The notes beneath the pieces were generated by a model. The model worked only from the letters and a program-made list of their open reading frames with translations. It was not told the DNA's origin and did no database searches. 64,000 nt of DNA, taken from the NCBI GenBank assembly GCA_050273025.1, contig CP158635.1:32612001-32676000 (forward strand). The letters are read 5' to 3'. Shown here one piece after another: positions 25,890-38,672 of this stretch. The stretch is from Cenococcum geophilum. Taxonomy: Eukaryota. Position numbers and translations under genes: made by a program. The first letter of the stretch is position 1. Each line of letters begins with the position of its first letter.

Positions 25890-26083
25890 TATCGACCGCC
25901 AAAAGGAGGTCAGGAAAGGAGGACTCGTGTATTAATTAATCTATAAAGAAAAGAGACTATATATGCATAAGGTAGATGCAGGTACAGGGGGGGGTACGTA
26001 ATAGGGAGTCGGTGACTAAGTCGGTGACCGAGTCAAGGGGTAGGTAACTAAGTCGGCGGCATGACACCTAACTCAGGTCGACA
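25890..26083 (-). mobile_element. Solo LTR
   Basis: TATCGA (RIP of TGTCGA)...GTCGACA with 5-bp TSD CTTTT. Confidence 0.75.
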
Positions 26084-26162
26084 CTTTTTCTTTATCCGAC
26101 GCAACAGTTTAGGGTATTAAGGAGGCGGAACGAAGTCCTCATCGTTTGTTTGCAACGATTTT

Positions 26163-26410
26163 TGTTAAACGGACGATCAGGAATAAGAACTCTGTTTATT
26201 AAAGAAGGCTCTAGAAGCTCTCTATATACATCAGGTAAGTGGTGACTACGTCGTTATTCAGTCAGTAATTGGTGGTAGGAATAGGTAATAAGACATTCGA
26301 TAAGACATTTAGTCGTAAGTTAAGGGACAACTAAGACAAAGTACGTAAATACGATCTGGGTCGACAGACAGTAGTACGATGATGGTAAGGAAGTCCGATT
26401 CAGGTCGACA
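26163..26410 (-). mobile_element. Degenerate solo LTR
   Basis: TG...GGTCGACA with flanks ATTTT/ATTTC. Internal GGCTCTAGA motif shared with the other LTRs. Confidence 0.55.
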
Positions 26411-26850
26411 ATTTCTGACCATATTGGTTGTCTATTTGATTGATAAAGCTATCTAGTTGCTGCTGGTGTTGAGGAAGTTGATGTTCAGGCTTGCGGTCGA
26501 TAGCCCCCGGATACCTGTATCGGATAATCAACCTATCAGCTGATAGTATTACAAGAGTATCCGATAATTCTCCGATACTTTCAGCCACATTTCTTAGCGT
26601 ACGACTATTATATTAAATTCTCTTTTTTTACCCTCCAGCTACCGTACGATAAAGAAACTATAAAGGAATACCTAACATGTGAGGCACGTGCGCTACACGT
26701 GCCTAGGGAAAACCCTTCCTTACCTCGGACACTTTAGTTTATTCTAATACTTTAGGAGCTGCTTCTTAATAGTACCAAAAAATAGTTCTTAAAGCAAGAG
26801 GTAGAGAACATTTTATTCTATAAAGGGTGCAAACTGCGCCCATTTGCCCT

Positions 26851-26972
26851 CAGACCCTCGGTAAGGAATTACCCCGCACGTGCCTTGGTGTTCACGTGGT
26901 GCTGCGCCTCCTTTTATAACCGAATTCATAAAATTCACAAGGTGCAGAGGTAGATTCCTTAACGAGGGTCTG
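26851..26972. mobile_element. ~120-bp MITE with CAGAC termini
   Basis: Inverted termini CAGACCCTCGGTAAGGAAT and ATTCCTTAACGAGGGTCTG. Confidence 0.6.
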
Positions 26973-27458
26973 GGCACCTGAGATAACATTTTGACACTTT
27001 AATTTTCGTGAGGGAGATGCAAACAAATTAAATTCACGTGATGTTCGAACCTGAACAGGCAGGATCTAAGCCTGTTTAGACGGGGGTGTACGCGTATCAT
27101 TTGGGGGGTGTATGATTATTGTTGACCAAAAACAAAAACCCCTTTTCCAATGAGACCTCTGACCAGTATTTACCTAACCCCAAACACCTTGTCATGCCGC
27201 TAACTGTATGAGAAGTGGACGCCGCTACATACTAATACATCGCCACCAAATTTTAACGCCAGGTCCCCTTCCTCTGACTTTGAATTGACAAAAACAAATG
27301 CTTCGCGGGTAAAAGATATCAACGCAGAAATATGCACAAATTAACGCTTTGACAATCACACAGGATGTAGATGTGTATATGGGTGATGGTAATACAATAG
27401 GAGACGGTTTGGTGCTGTGAGGTGTAGAAACACCTAGCGACCGCCACCATGGTTGGTA

Positions 27459-30400
27459 TTATCGAGGCCGTGGCGGTTGGTGTGATTTCACGCTCCAGCC
27501 CTGTAAACTGCGACGCATCCCAAGCGTCCTCCTCTGCGGCGCGGATCGATTATGACTTTGCGTGAAGCTGGTGGCATGGAATGTTGAAGCAGGTCGAAAG
27601 TCGTTTAGAGGAAGGTTGGGTTCACGGCTATTCGGGGATGAGAGGGTGATTTTCGTGGGACTGGCTGCTTCGTATTTGGTAGTCACATCTGATCGAGATT
27701 GATGTTAGCAGGGACTAATTGTAGAGAAAAGAATAGGTGGTATATTGGAGCTTACCATTTTGCGCTGCAGCTCGGTCACCATCGTCCGACTTGACGGGTG
27801 AGCTTGAGAGAAGCACGTATCGTTTTGTGTCTATTCCCTCCTCATCCTCCACTTTCCGAGGCCGACCAAGCAATGGTTCACTGCGTGGTTTATGGGTAGA
27901 GGTCGAAGGAGGAACATATGGCGTGTGGGAGGCTGAGCGAACATTGTTAAGAACTGCCGGCCAAGATCTTTGGAGAGATGACTTCGATAATACGGATTGT
28001 TTCGAAGGGGCCGTTGATTGAGCTGGTCTTCCATTCCCCTGTACCGTCGTCACACTGGGTCTGGCGAAGAAATTGGTTATACTGCCTTGTCCAGCCAGCC
28101 GTTTCTTTGCCGTCTTAGTTGATAAGCCAGCAGTATTTGTCCCACTCTCATCACGGCGCGCTTTCTTTAGTACTGCTTCTCTAGCAGCGGCTGCTCCACG
28201 AGCAGCCTCGGTCTCTCGAAGAATCTTCATGTGTGCGCCAGCACTAACAAATCCGCTGTGTATAGTGGTAGAAGAGATGGAGTATGCAGACGGATTGTGC
28301 GTAGTCACAGATGCAGTAATCGTGGTGACTGCAGTCGTAGCTTCGACTCTGCGACGTTTTGATGGAACCTCTAATGGGAAGGTGCTATTGCTAGGCTCCG
28401 AACGATCCCAGTAACTATTTTCGGGGTCCAGCTCTTCCCCATCCAGAGGCCAAAGGTCGTCCTCAACACGATCTACTAGGCCTCTGGCGTTCTGGATGGT
28501 AGATTCTGGCGGGCATGGTCGTCGAAGAATGCGGGATAGATCTAAAGTAACACTGAATCGGAAGGAAGGCCCCTTGGGGTCAAAGACATTGGCCATACTT
28601 CTGGAAGATATGAATGGTGAGAGAATCGTTTGTTCTCTTTGAGAGTTCTTCACCGGGCAACTGAGGTATAATAATGACTGGGCCCTGGTCATGCCAACGT
28701 AAAGAAGCCTCCTCTCTTCATCAGTATCTTCAGCCCTTGAGTGTGGTATGGATCCTTCGTATGCCGCTGGGATAAACACAGCCGGCCATTCGAGTCCTTT
28801 GGCAGCATGTATAGTAGATATGGTTACTTGGGAGACCTGTTCGCCTTCTGCTTTCTCAACTTCGGTGGATAGTGCGACGTTCGCGAGGAACTTTGACAAG
28901 GTGTCTTCAGAGGAAAATTCTCGTTGGTCAATATCTTCGACAACGGGTAGTGCTTCTTCTGTGGCCACCGTAATATCAGTTGCTTGGGCCACAAGTTCTT
29001 CGACATTGGCCCATCTTGCCTCAAAATCCTCCGGATGGGTCTTCCGGAGAAATTCTTCAAATGAGAGTTTTCTCAACAAGTGGGCGATGAGGTCGATGAG
29101 GTTGCAGCTCTCTTCATCAACACTTTGAAGTTTCTTCCGAGACGTTAGGATTAAGTTGACAAACGTTTCAAGCCCTTTCTCGGCTTGGCTTGAGAGCTTT
29201 GTTTGCGGCCTTGCCTTTCCCTGTACCACATTCAGGACTAGGTTCCAGAGAGGCGTCTTCTTGGCTTCTGCTTCTTCCAGGAGGTGCTTGATAGTAACTT
29301 CCCCGACCTTTCGTGAAGGGACGTTAATGACTCGCACCAGGGCGTCGTTATGATCTGGCTGGTTGATAACCCGAAGGTAATCAAGGACAATCTTGACTTC
29401 GACTCGATCGAAGAATCTGTGACCACCAACCATTCGGTAGGGTATTCCTGCTTTTCCAAGTGCTGATTCAATGTGGCGAGAAAGAGAGGCGGAGCGGAGA
29501 AGGATGGCGAAATCATTGTAGGCGAGAAGCTCTCCGGTTAGAACTTTGGCCCGTCGAATTTCTGATACGATCCAGCCAGCTTCGACAGCGGCAGATGGCA
29601 GCTTGCGAAGAACAGGTCGTTCACCGACGCAATGAGTCGCAAGGAGAGTTTTATTGTGTCTGCTCTCATCTTGCTGGATAACTGCCAAAGCGGAATGAAG
29701 AATAGATCCAGACGACCTGTAGTTCTTCTCGAGGTTGACAACTATGGTCTCCGGATATTGATGTCTCATGCGTTGCAGGTTTTTTATTTCCGCTGACCTG
29801 AAGCCGTAGATGCTTTGGTCTGGGTCGCCAACAATGGTGATAGTTCTATTCCGCTGAGCAAAGAGACTCATTAGTTCGTATTGAACACGGTTGGTATCCT
29901 GGAACTCATCGATGAGAACTGCTTGAATACTGGATACGCATGCGGGATGTTTTCGAAGAAGGTCACCGCATCGCAGGAGAAGGTCGTCGTAGTCGAGAAG
30001 ACTCGATGCTTTGAGGGTGTCTTCATACTCCGCGTATATATTGGCAAATTCCTGTTGATCGGCCTTCTTCGTAGTTGCGATGTATCCTTCACAACTGATG
30101 CTGCGGGCTTTGAGACCAGATATCCTTGATCGGGCAGCAGATGGCTCAACATTAAAACCTCGTCGCTTGATGATGCGCTTGATTATTGCTAAGCTGTCGG
30201 AGCTGTCTGCAATGCCGAAGTTCTTTTCGATGCCGATATGATTGCCGTAAAGGACTAGGAAGCGACGAGCGACGGAGTGAAAAGTACCCAAGATCAATCT
30301 AGACTCAACCCCCTCTCCAACAAAGCCACGTATCCTTTCCTTCATCTCTCGTGCTGCTTTGATTGTAAATGTGCAGACGATAATATTCCATGGGAGGAGG

Positions 30401-30543
30401 CCATGGTTGATCAGGTACGCGACTCGGGCAGTCAGCGTTTTGGTCTTTCCTGATCCAGGAGGAGCGAGAACTTGGACTACTGAAGCTGGACTTGTAACAG
30501 CACTTTTTTGCGCAGCATTGAGTCCATCGAGAAGAGCATCCAT
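27459..30543 (-). CDS. SRS2: UvrD/REP-family ATP-dependent DNA helicase, Srs2-like (exons 27756-30543, 27459-27688)
   Basis: Motifs LAPPGSGKT, LIDEFQDTN, VGDPDQSIYGFR, LEKNYRS, TIHAAKGLEW and EERRLLYVGMTRA. Intron GTAAG..CTAAC..CAG. Confidence 0.92.
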
Positions 30544-30664
30544 AGGCGTAATATTATAACGCGTAAAGTTATTCGGGCAGAAGGAGTTGGAGTTTGAGAT
30601 GCGTACTGAGAGCGCCATCACGTGGGAGCTAAGCGAATTTTCTTGTTGAAGTAATCTCATGAAT

Positions 30665-30782
30665 CAGACGCTCCGTAGTAGAATTTTAACCGAACTCAGT
30701 TAGATCAGCACATATTTGGTTACGGGGCAGGATACGCTCATATCTGCTCCCTATATTTTAAAATTCTAACACGGAGCGTCTG
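30665..30782. mobile_element. 118-bp MITE with CAGAC termini, just upstream of the helicase gene
   Basis: TIR CAGACGCTCCGT..TAGAATTTTA on both ends. Confidence 0.7.
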
Positions 30783-31479
30783 AGAGCTTACGGGCGTCGC
30801 TTTGGTGAGAAGTGAATGTTTTAGGAATTAATTTTTATCGCTTTTTATGGACTATAGCCCAACCACAATAGTTATAGTAGATTTGTTTAATGTATTAAAT
30901 TCTCTAAGTAGTAATTTCCCTCCCTAAATATATTAGTGCCCTATATCTATTATATTAAGGCACGAGATACAGCGATATAGACAGAGTTAAATTTTAAAAA
31001 GAATCTGGGGGAAACTATAGGGAGCAGAACGCACGTGCCTCCCCCCCTTTTCTGTGAGGGTCTGAATTATGAGATAGCGTTGAAGTGATTCTGACTTCCA
31101 CTACTTGCTATTGATCAACCATGAGTGCGAAGCCATCAGCCTGCTGAAATTATAGATGGTAAACTGTTTTAGGAGAAGATGCGACTGAGTTCATGAGCGG
31201 GAGCGAAATCTCAAGGTATCAGAACGAGCGGTGTTGAACGATGACTGAGGACGCCGCATAGAATCCACGATAGATGAAGGAAATAAGGATGCCGAAGCAA
31301 GAGCAGCGATAAGAATGGTCGGCGCAATTGGTGAGAAAATTATTGTTAGCGAGCGAGACTAATTTTCGGATTGAAGTAGTTCGGCGTGGAATTGGCGGAA
31401 ATATTTTAGACGACGGCCGGAAGAGTTGCTGGAGCTTGACAGAGGAAGGAAGGTAGCGCGTCCACAAGAAGGCGATGTG

Positions 31480-32300
31480 TTATGGATCACACCTTTTGTA
31501 GAAAGACTAGATAGCTTTAGTTGTCGTCTTCATTCAGCCGCTTTTCTAGTACTTTCTTGATGGATGCATCGCTACATTTCCACCATGGAAAAGCAGTGGC
31601 CGTACTTAAGGCTATCGCTCTCGTGCTTGATGATGGGTGTCATCTTATAGGGCGCGTATCGAGTAGAATCGCCGATATATTGATGGATGTCGAATTCATC
31701 AGTAGGAACAGTGACTGGAGTCGTCACCTTCACTTTCTCCGTTTCAACCATCTTCTTGCCCTTGTTAACGATTTCCTTAACCTCGAAGCGCTTGATCTGC
31801 ACAACAATATTCCTAGGTGGGATTTTGAGCCCAATCCATTCTTGCGCTATGCTTTGTTCTACGTAGAGATCATAGCGGAAGTCACGAATTGGCGTTTCAA
31901 CCGTCTTGGCTTCAGCATGTCCTCGAAGGGTCGTCGGATCGAAAGATGGTGGAGAGAAGGACGGGAGGTCGCGACGATGGGCTTCCAAAAAGGTGTGGCC
32001 CCGTCAGTCGCTTAGCCGGGTGATTCCCAATTGGTCCATCAGGCTAGGAATCTTTTGTGAATCTTTTGGTAGTTTATGATGAATGGCGCTTGGGATGTTG
32101 GTAAATTGAGCTGGGCCGCCAGGCAGATCGCCAGGAAAATTGCACCAATATGGAATATATAGATATGCGCCAAATCGATGGTAAGTATGTATATGCGGAA
32201 TCAAATACTCGATATGCGATATATTGGAGGCCCTGAGAAGCGTTTGGAGTGGTCTGTTCTATTAGAAGATCACGATTGAGGGTTTTCAAACTGCATTCAA
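31480..32300 (-). pseudogene. Degenerate ubiquitin-specific protease (C19)-like fragment
   Basis: PRNIVVQIKRF..KVTTPVTVP..DIHQY..YKM..IIKH.SDSLKYGH..LFYKR resembles the USP His-box region. Stops and frameshifts present. Confidence 0.55.
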
Positions 32301-32841
32301 AACTATAAGAGGAGGGCACTCCTAATATTTGACTAGATAGATCTTGCTCCATTGATCCTCTGAAATGCAGTAAAACATTCATTCAAAGCAATCATTCTAG
32401 CTAATGACATTATGTAGCAATCACAGTGATAGCTTGTCTAGCTAAGACGGGTGTATCTTTTGGAAGATTTTTGATATGAATGGAACTGAACAATAAAATG
32501 AGAGAGGAATTTTATAGTAGCTTGTTAATATATTAATCTACTCTCATGCGATATTCTTGATGGTCTTCCTAGATTGTTTTGATTTCTGCGCCACGAAACG
32601 CGATGCGGTGGTGAAATGGTCAAACCAACTAACCAATTAGGGGCTCCACGCCGCCTGCGAAACGAACAGATCGCAGGAACCATGCAGATCCCCACAAAGC
32701 TCCACATGGCTCGACACCGCCGCCTTGATCTCCGTCTACGTGTACCACAACCACCAATTTCCGGTACCATATAACCTCAATTACCTGCCAAATCTACCCT
32801 ACATCATCCTATAATCTTCAAAAGCAGAGAATAGCTTCACA

Positions 32842-33299
32842 ATGCGATTCTACGCCCTCCTCGCCCTCTTGCCCGCTGTGGCCCTCGCCCTCGACAAGCC
32901 TCTTAACATCGAAGTCACCCAAGAAGCCGAATGCGGCCGCAAGACGCAAGCCGGCGACACAATCGACGTGCACTACCGCGGCACACTTGCCAAAGATGGC
33001 TCAGAATTTGATGCCTCCTACAATCGTGGCACGCCATTGTCATTCAAGGTCGGCAACGGTCAAGTGATCAAAGGATGGGACCAGGGACTGTTGGATATGT
33101 GCCCTGGAGAGAAGAGGACGTTGACGATCCAGCCAGAATGGGCATATGGCGACAAGGGCGTGGGACCAATTCCTGGGGGTTCCGTGCTTAGTGAGTCTAC
33201 CGTAGGCGGATTTTTGGCGAGGTGAATCGGACTAATGCAGATACAGTCTTCGAGACCGAACTTGTAGCCATCCAGGGCATATCTAAAGACGAATTGTAA
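32842..33299 (+). CDS. FPR2: ER FKBP-type peptidyl-prolyl isomerase (2 exons)
   Basis: Signal peptide, [24 protein letters not shown], and a spliced tail [17 protein letters not shown]. Confidence 0.95.
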
Positions 33300-33616
33300 G
33301 ATATTGGCAGACTGCTGGCTTTGATGAGATAGTCGCGACGATTGGTATGATTGATTGGGTTATGAAAACAGCTCGAAAGAGCACCCAAAATCATGGATAG
33401 AGAGATAATTCACACTGTTTCTTCTCTTCATTCACGCGTGTCTTTTTCGCACCCTTAAATGGCACATCTCGTGAATTCACATAACAAAATCGCAGCTGTC
33501 GGGCTTTTTACCGGTTTGTTACGAAGTCTCAAGCTCGTAAAAGCCGTGGGAGTTAGCTAAATACAGGCTACAGCCTCTTCAGTTAATCTGATACAGGGCT
33601 ACGCCCTAGAGGCAAA

Positions 33617-34164
33617 ATGACTCAACACAACTTTTCTCTGGCGCCTTCTACCTCTCCATCCACACTCCGGTCCAACCCACCCCCAGCAAACGTCAGGGTG
33701 CCGACCATAAAACTCTATTCAGCGTACGTAAACCAAGTCGTCTATGTCTGCGGCGAAGCCGACAGCAAAATGCACCTCGTTTCAAACAACTCCACCCCAC
33801 CGGGCCCCTTCCCCGACATAGACCCCAACTTTCGGACCCGGGCCCTGAACCTTGCTGGTCTTCTTGCCTTGCATTTCACCGATAACTCGCACGCCTTCCT
33901 GTTCTCCAAGGCCATGCTGGGGAGCGGCGACTGGGTTCTTTCCGCGGCGGCCAGCGGCTGTGTGACAGCGCCATGTTGCGGTTGCTGTCTAACGATTCTA
34001 GGGGCATGATAAATAACGATGGTGTGCTCACGTACGGGGGGACCGCGCGGGGCTCGCGACGGGATGAGATCGGGGGCGATAACCGGAACGCTACTTGGTA
34101 CAACAGGGTGCTGAGGGCGGCTTACAGGGAGAGTCCACTGGGGACTTTGGTAGTCGGTGAGTGA
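33617..34164 (+). pseudogene. Possible small degenerate or hypothetical gene
   Basis: Two overlapping GC-rich ORFs in different frames; no motif recognised. Confidence 0.25.
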
Positions 34165-34493
34165 TGGGGTTGGTCGTGACTGGTAACTTCTACCGGTTCG
34201 GGTTGGTGTGCAGCAATAACGTGTTCTGAAATACTAGCCTGTGGCGAATGTGAGGACATCCGTGGTCTGCTTATGGTTGTTATAAAATTTACAAGGTTAT
34301 CAACAAGGTTAACAAAGATTATTCGCAGGCTTGCATATTAAGGAAGATTTGAAACCCCGGAACTACCCCAGGATATCCCTCTTGTTTCAATATACAGAAT
34401 GATAACCTAAAGCTCGTTGCTGAACTTCAGACTCGTGGCTCCGTCAACAATTCGTGTTTTCACTCTTAAGACTGAAAGAAGAGGTAAAATTTC

Positions 34494-35487
34494 TCAAGAA
34501 CCGCATGAATCAGCAGTTCTGAGTGCACCTGGACACTTGACGCTCGCCACACATCCAGCTGGAGCGCCGTCCCAACCCGTCAACCGACTCGTGATATCAT
34601 TTGCATACACCTTCGTCTTTGGGTTGCCATACTCTTCCCTAGTCAAGTCTTGACTAGATATAGTACCCCCGTTATAGAGATGGACGGCCGCGTAAGGGTT
34701 CCCCCAGTATTGGGAGTCAATCCAATAGAGATCGTCAGGCCCGCCATTAAGATATTGCAGGATACCAGGTGCTCCATGCGGCAAGTTCTCGCTGGCTTGG
34801 ACGGCCCGGAGCGGATCGATGCCGTAGACACCATCTTGAATCATATTAAGAATGCTGCCAGACGGATCTTTGGCATCAAAGCTGCCACTGCCAGGAGGAG
34901 CTTGCATGAGCCCACAATGATTTACATCCGTGCAAGCCACATTGACGTTACCGGCAGACTAGTAGAGAGTTAGGAGATAAACAAGAGCAGTGTATCTGAT
35001 TTGTAAGGGGTGAAAGGGCGGACTGGTTAAAAAAACATAATACCTCTTGCAGGACCACTGCGAGAATGAGCCGAGCGTCTACTTTCGAATCTTGAGACAC
35101 CTTCTGTATGGCATCATGAATTAGAGAAGGGAAATTTGACCCAGCCTGAGAGTTGACGGAGGTGATGTGTGGCAGGTTGATCTCCCACATCTTATCAAAG
35201 CTTAACCACTCAGTTATAGAGGGATAGTCGTTCATCATTGGACCTGCGCAGTTGTAAAAAGCCGAGGGATCGCCTTGGACGGTAGCCAGGCCCTCCGTCG
35301 AATCCAGCTCATACCATTTTAAAGCAAAGCTATTTGAAACAGTCTCTGTGGAACCATAACCGATGCTCCGTTGCGAAAACCTCGTAGTAGCAACGGCCGA
35401 TCTATGTGTAATTGACAGGGCAAGTGAAGGGGTTATCGCTAGGAGGGACGCGAAACAAAGATAGAGCTGCTGTCGAATTAGTTTCAT
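34494..35487 (-). CDS. Secreted lysozyme-like (GH23/SLT-like muramidase) protein (exons 35044-35487, 34494-34958)
   Basis: Signal peptide. Splicing gives AIQKVSQDSKVDARLILAVVLQE|SAGNVNVACT..CGLMQ, followed by AVHLYNGG and YANDI..RLTGW. Confidence 0.75.
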
Positions 35488-36714
35488 ATCAAAGAATGGG
35501 GCTCTAGAAATTTGAGATGAGGTAGGTGAGAGAGTACCATCTTTGTGATATTTAAAGGAAATGATGATTGGCGCGATGAGTAGCAAGCTAGATCAGAAGA
35601 ATAGAGGTATAATACGGACTGGTAAATAACCCAGTGATAATCTATCAAAAAAAAGCAACCGAGAGAAAATAAAATCTGTGGGATTCAGTGCATGAGGCAA
35701 AGCTGTCCTATCTATACCTGGAGCTTGAGGCTCTGGACCATATAGGACACATATTGTGGGAGGCGCTTCAGTCCTGTCATGCTGTATGATTCAGTCGTGA
35801 ACAGATATACAAGAAATAGCCAGTACCTATTCTGTGGCGCAGTAAGGATGGGAAATTAAAGCAATCCTTTGAATGGCGTTGAAGTTGACAAGTAGTCCTT
35901 TGAGGGATTCGAGTAACCTTGGCATGGTATAACAGAATTCAAGGTGAGTAGCTACGGCAAGCCAATTCTTGACATACTTTAGGCTACATAATCTCATGAT
36001 AGTTAATTCTATAAGATTTGCTCATCAAGAACAATATCAAACTTGTGCTATTGCGTGTATGCGATGTTGGCTCCGTCTAAGGCACGGACCTGAGCGTCCT
36101 TAAACAACTCCGTTTTACCGAGAAACTCCGTTCCGCTTCCACTCAGCAACACCTTAACGTTACGTGCTTTGACTGTCATATGCCAAAGCATGAATGCGTC
36201 TTGGTAAATGATAAAAAGTCTTCCGAGGCTCACTACAACCTTTCAGCCCGACTGCCCCTAGTCATTTTTGAATTGATCAAATGTTCCATATCGTAAGCGT
36301 CGTTGGTAAAGGTCTATGCTGAACCAAGCACAAGCAAGGCATGAACTGCTTCATTGATATTACACTATATGGGCTTTAGACGAGAGTTTTGGCTACTTCA
36401 GAGAGCCTGATATCCTTAAGTAAGTTAAGGTCTACTTGAGCATTCAACGTGATTGTCTCTGGGCTCTGTTAAAGTGGCTGGAGCCATTTGCAGAGGTGAA
36501 AGTGAGACTGCGTTGACTGAGAAAAGATGTCTGTGATATATTGGGAATCGGCAAAATCCTTTGAATATTGTCTGGAATTGCATATCGGATTGGCTGAGAT
36601 AATCTGGCCTGACTCCCTTCACAATCTCCAGATATTCGGGAAATAGCACATGGCAGCATTAGACTCCCTTATACGGGAATTACAAATACAAAGTCGAGAA
36701 GAACACCTGTAATA

Positions 36715-38283
36715 ATGGGATCATCACTCCACGCACCGTATCCCCCTCCATTATCAGAGGAACATCTTCTAGCTCTCCAAGCAGACATCCAGGACTGGCA
36801 ACTGACGCACGGCTCCCTAATTAAAATGTATACCCACAACGAAGACCGCGCCGTGCTAGCCCGTCCCATCGGCGTGAGCATGTTCCCGACTCTGTTCCCC
36901 AAATCATGCTTCTCGCACGCTCTGGAGCTCCAGGAGAGTTACAACGAACTCTACGCAAACATCGCAGAAGACGAAGGCTGGCTGTTTGACGTTCTTCAGG
37001 ACCTGATTCTGACGGACCCCTTCACAAGAGCTCTGTGGGGCGTGCACGAAAAAGTAAAAGAGAAAGGATACATACAGCCTCTCACGCTTGGAATCTTTCG
37101 CTCAGACTACATGCTCCACAGCCCCGAGGAGCCTCGCGAGGGCGAGTGTAGCCGGCTGGCTCCTGAAACCAGCGATCTAGCACCAGAACCGACCATTAAG
37201 CAAGTCGAATTCAACACCTTTTCCTGTGCCGGCGGCACGCATGGAAACATCGTCAACGCCATGCACCACCACCTCGCGCGCACCGGCGCGTACGACTTGG
37301 GCACCAGTCCCCAAAACCCCATCACCCCCTCCGCCCTGCCGACCGCCGAAACCACCACCTCTATCACCTCCGGCCTCGCCGCCGCCCACACAGCCTACGG
37401 CCTGCCGCGCAGCGCCCCCGCAACCACCACCGCAATCCTGATAGCCGTCCAACCAAACAACATCAACATCTGCGACGAGCGGCCCCTTGAATACAGCCTG
37501 TGGGCCCACGACCCCGCGATCCCGACCTACCGCGCCCTCTTCCCCTCCGACATCACCGCCCGCACGACCCTCACTCAATCCCGCGAACTCCTCTTCTACC
37601 CCCCGCACGCCACGCTCCCCGTCGAGATCTCAGCCGTCTACCTCCGCGCCGCCTACGACCCCGCCGAACACGACAGCGCCGGCATCGCCGCCCGCACGCG
37701 CCTCGAGCTGGCCCGCGCGATAAAATGCCCCTCAGTCCTGGCCCAGCTCGCCACGTTCAAGAAGGTCCAGCAGGCGCTATCGCTGCCGGGGGCCGTGGAG
37801 CGGTTCCTCCCCCCGCCGCGCGCGGCGCAGGTGCGCGCGACGTTCGCGCCGATGTATCCGCTCGACGACTCGGAAGTGGGACGGCGGGCGCGGGCGCTGG
37901 CGGCGGATGCGGGCGCGGCGGAGCGGTTCGTGCTCAAGCCGTCTTTGGAGGGCGGCGGGCATAATGTGTATCGGGGGGATATTCCGCGGGTGTTGGAACA
38001 GGTGCCGGAGGCGGAGTGGCGGAGTTACGTGCTTATGGAGTTGATGAGACCGCCGTCGTTGAGTAATATCTTGCTTGCGGGTAGAGGGGTTTATGAGGGC
38101 CGCGTGGTGTCTGAGCTGGGTGTGTTTGGGGTTTGTATGTGGCGGAGGAGAGATGGGGGTACCGGGGCGGAGATTGTTGAGAATCGGCAGGGCGGGTGGT
38201 CGTTTAAGACGAAGGCGGAGGAGGTAGATGAAATGAGTGTGATTAAGGGGTATGGCTGTTTTGATACGCCGTGTTTGGTTTAA
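36715..38283 (+). CDS. GSH2: Glutathione synthetase (eukaryotic type, intronless)
   Basis: Motifs LGIFRSDYM, KQVEFNT, VYLRA.Y, IKCPS..QLATFKKVQQAL, FVLKP..EGGGHNVY and SELGVFG. Confidence 0.92.
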   Translation: MGSSLHAPYPPPLSEEHLLALQADIQDWQLTHGSLIKMYTHNEDRAVLARPIGVSMFPTLFPKSCFSHALELQESYNELYANIAEDEGWLFDVLQDLILTDPFTRALWGVHEKVKEKGYIQPLTLGIFRSDYMLHSPEEPREGECSRLAPETSDLAPEPTIKQVEFNTFSCAGGTHGNIVNAMHHHLARTGAYDLGTSPQNPITPSALPTAETTTSITSGLAAAHTAYGLPRSAPATTTAILIAVQPNNINICDERPLEYSLWAHDPAIPTYRALFPSDITARTTLTQSRELLFYPPHATLPVEISAVYLRAAYDPAEHDSAGIAARTRLELARAIKCPSVLAQLATFKKVQQALSLPGAVERFLPPPRAAQVRATFAPMYPLDDSEVGRRARALAADAGAAERFVLKPSLEGGGHNVYRGDIPRVLEQVPEAEWRSYVLMELMRPPSLSNILLAGRGVYEGRVVSELGVFGVCMWRRRDGGTGAEIVENRQGGWSFKTKAEEVDEMSVIKGYGCFDTPCLV

Positions 38284-38672
38284 TACACTGCGTTGTTGGC
38301 TGGAATTGGTCCTAGGCTCATCCCTTAACCCGTTGATTCTGGCGCAACGATATCGATAAGGATTAGCCAATAGGAGGCCCTTATTTGAACCTTTGTGATA
38401 AGAACTAGCAGTAGCTTTATTTAATAACTAAATCTAATTAATATTAAGACCCTATTATAGTCAGATTTAACTATACTATTTAACCTATTTACCCAATTTC
38501 CTTATTAAATTCTTGTTTTCGGATGGTTTCTATTTAGTTTAACACCATGGATATTTCCTATCTAGGTATATCCAGCTAATTACCTACCAGTTAATCAGCT
38601 GGGGGGGGTGTCGACCTGAATCAGGTTACCCATTGACTTAGTCATTGACTCGGTTACCTACCCCGTTTTTTA

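Noticed and set aside
30544..30660. N-terminal extension of the helicase ORF
   Set aside because: UvrD similarity begins at MDALLDGLN (30543); the upstream ATG abuts a MITE and is probably incidental.
37107..38370. Several antisense or alternative-frame ORFs over GSH2
   Set aside because: Expected from very high GC content; no motifs recognised.
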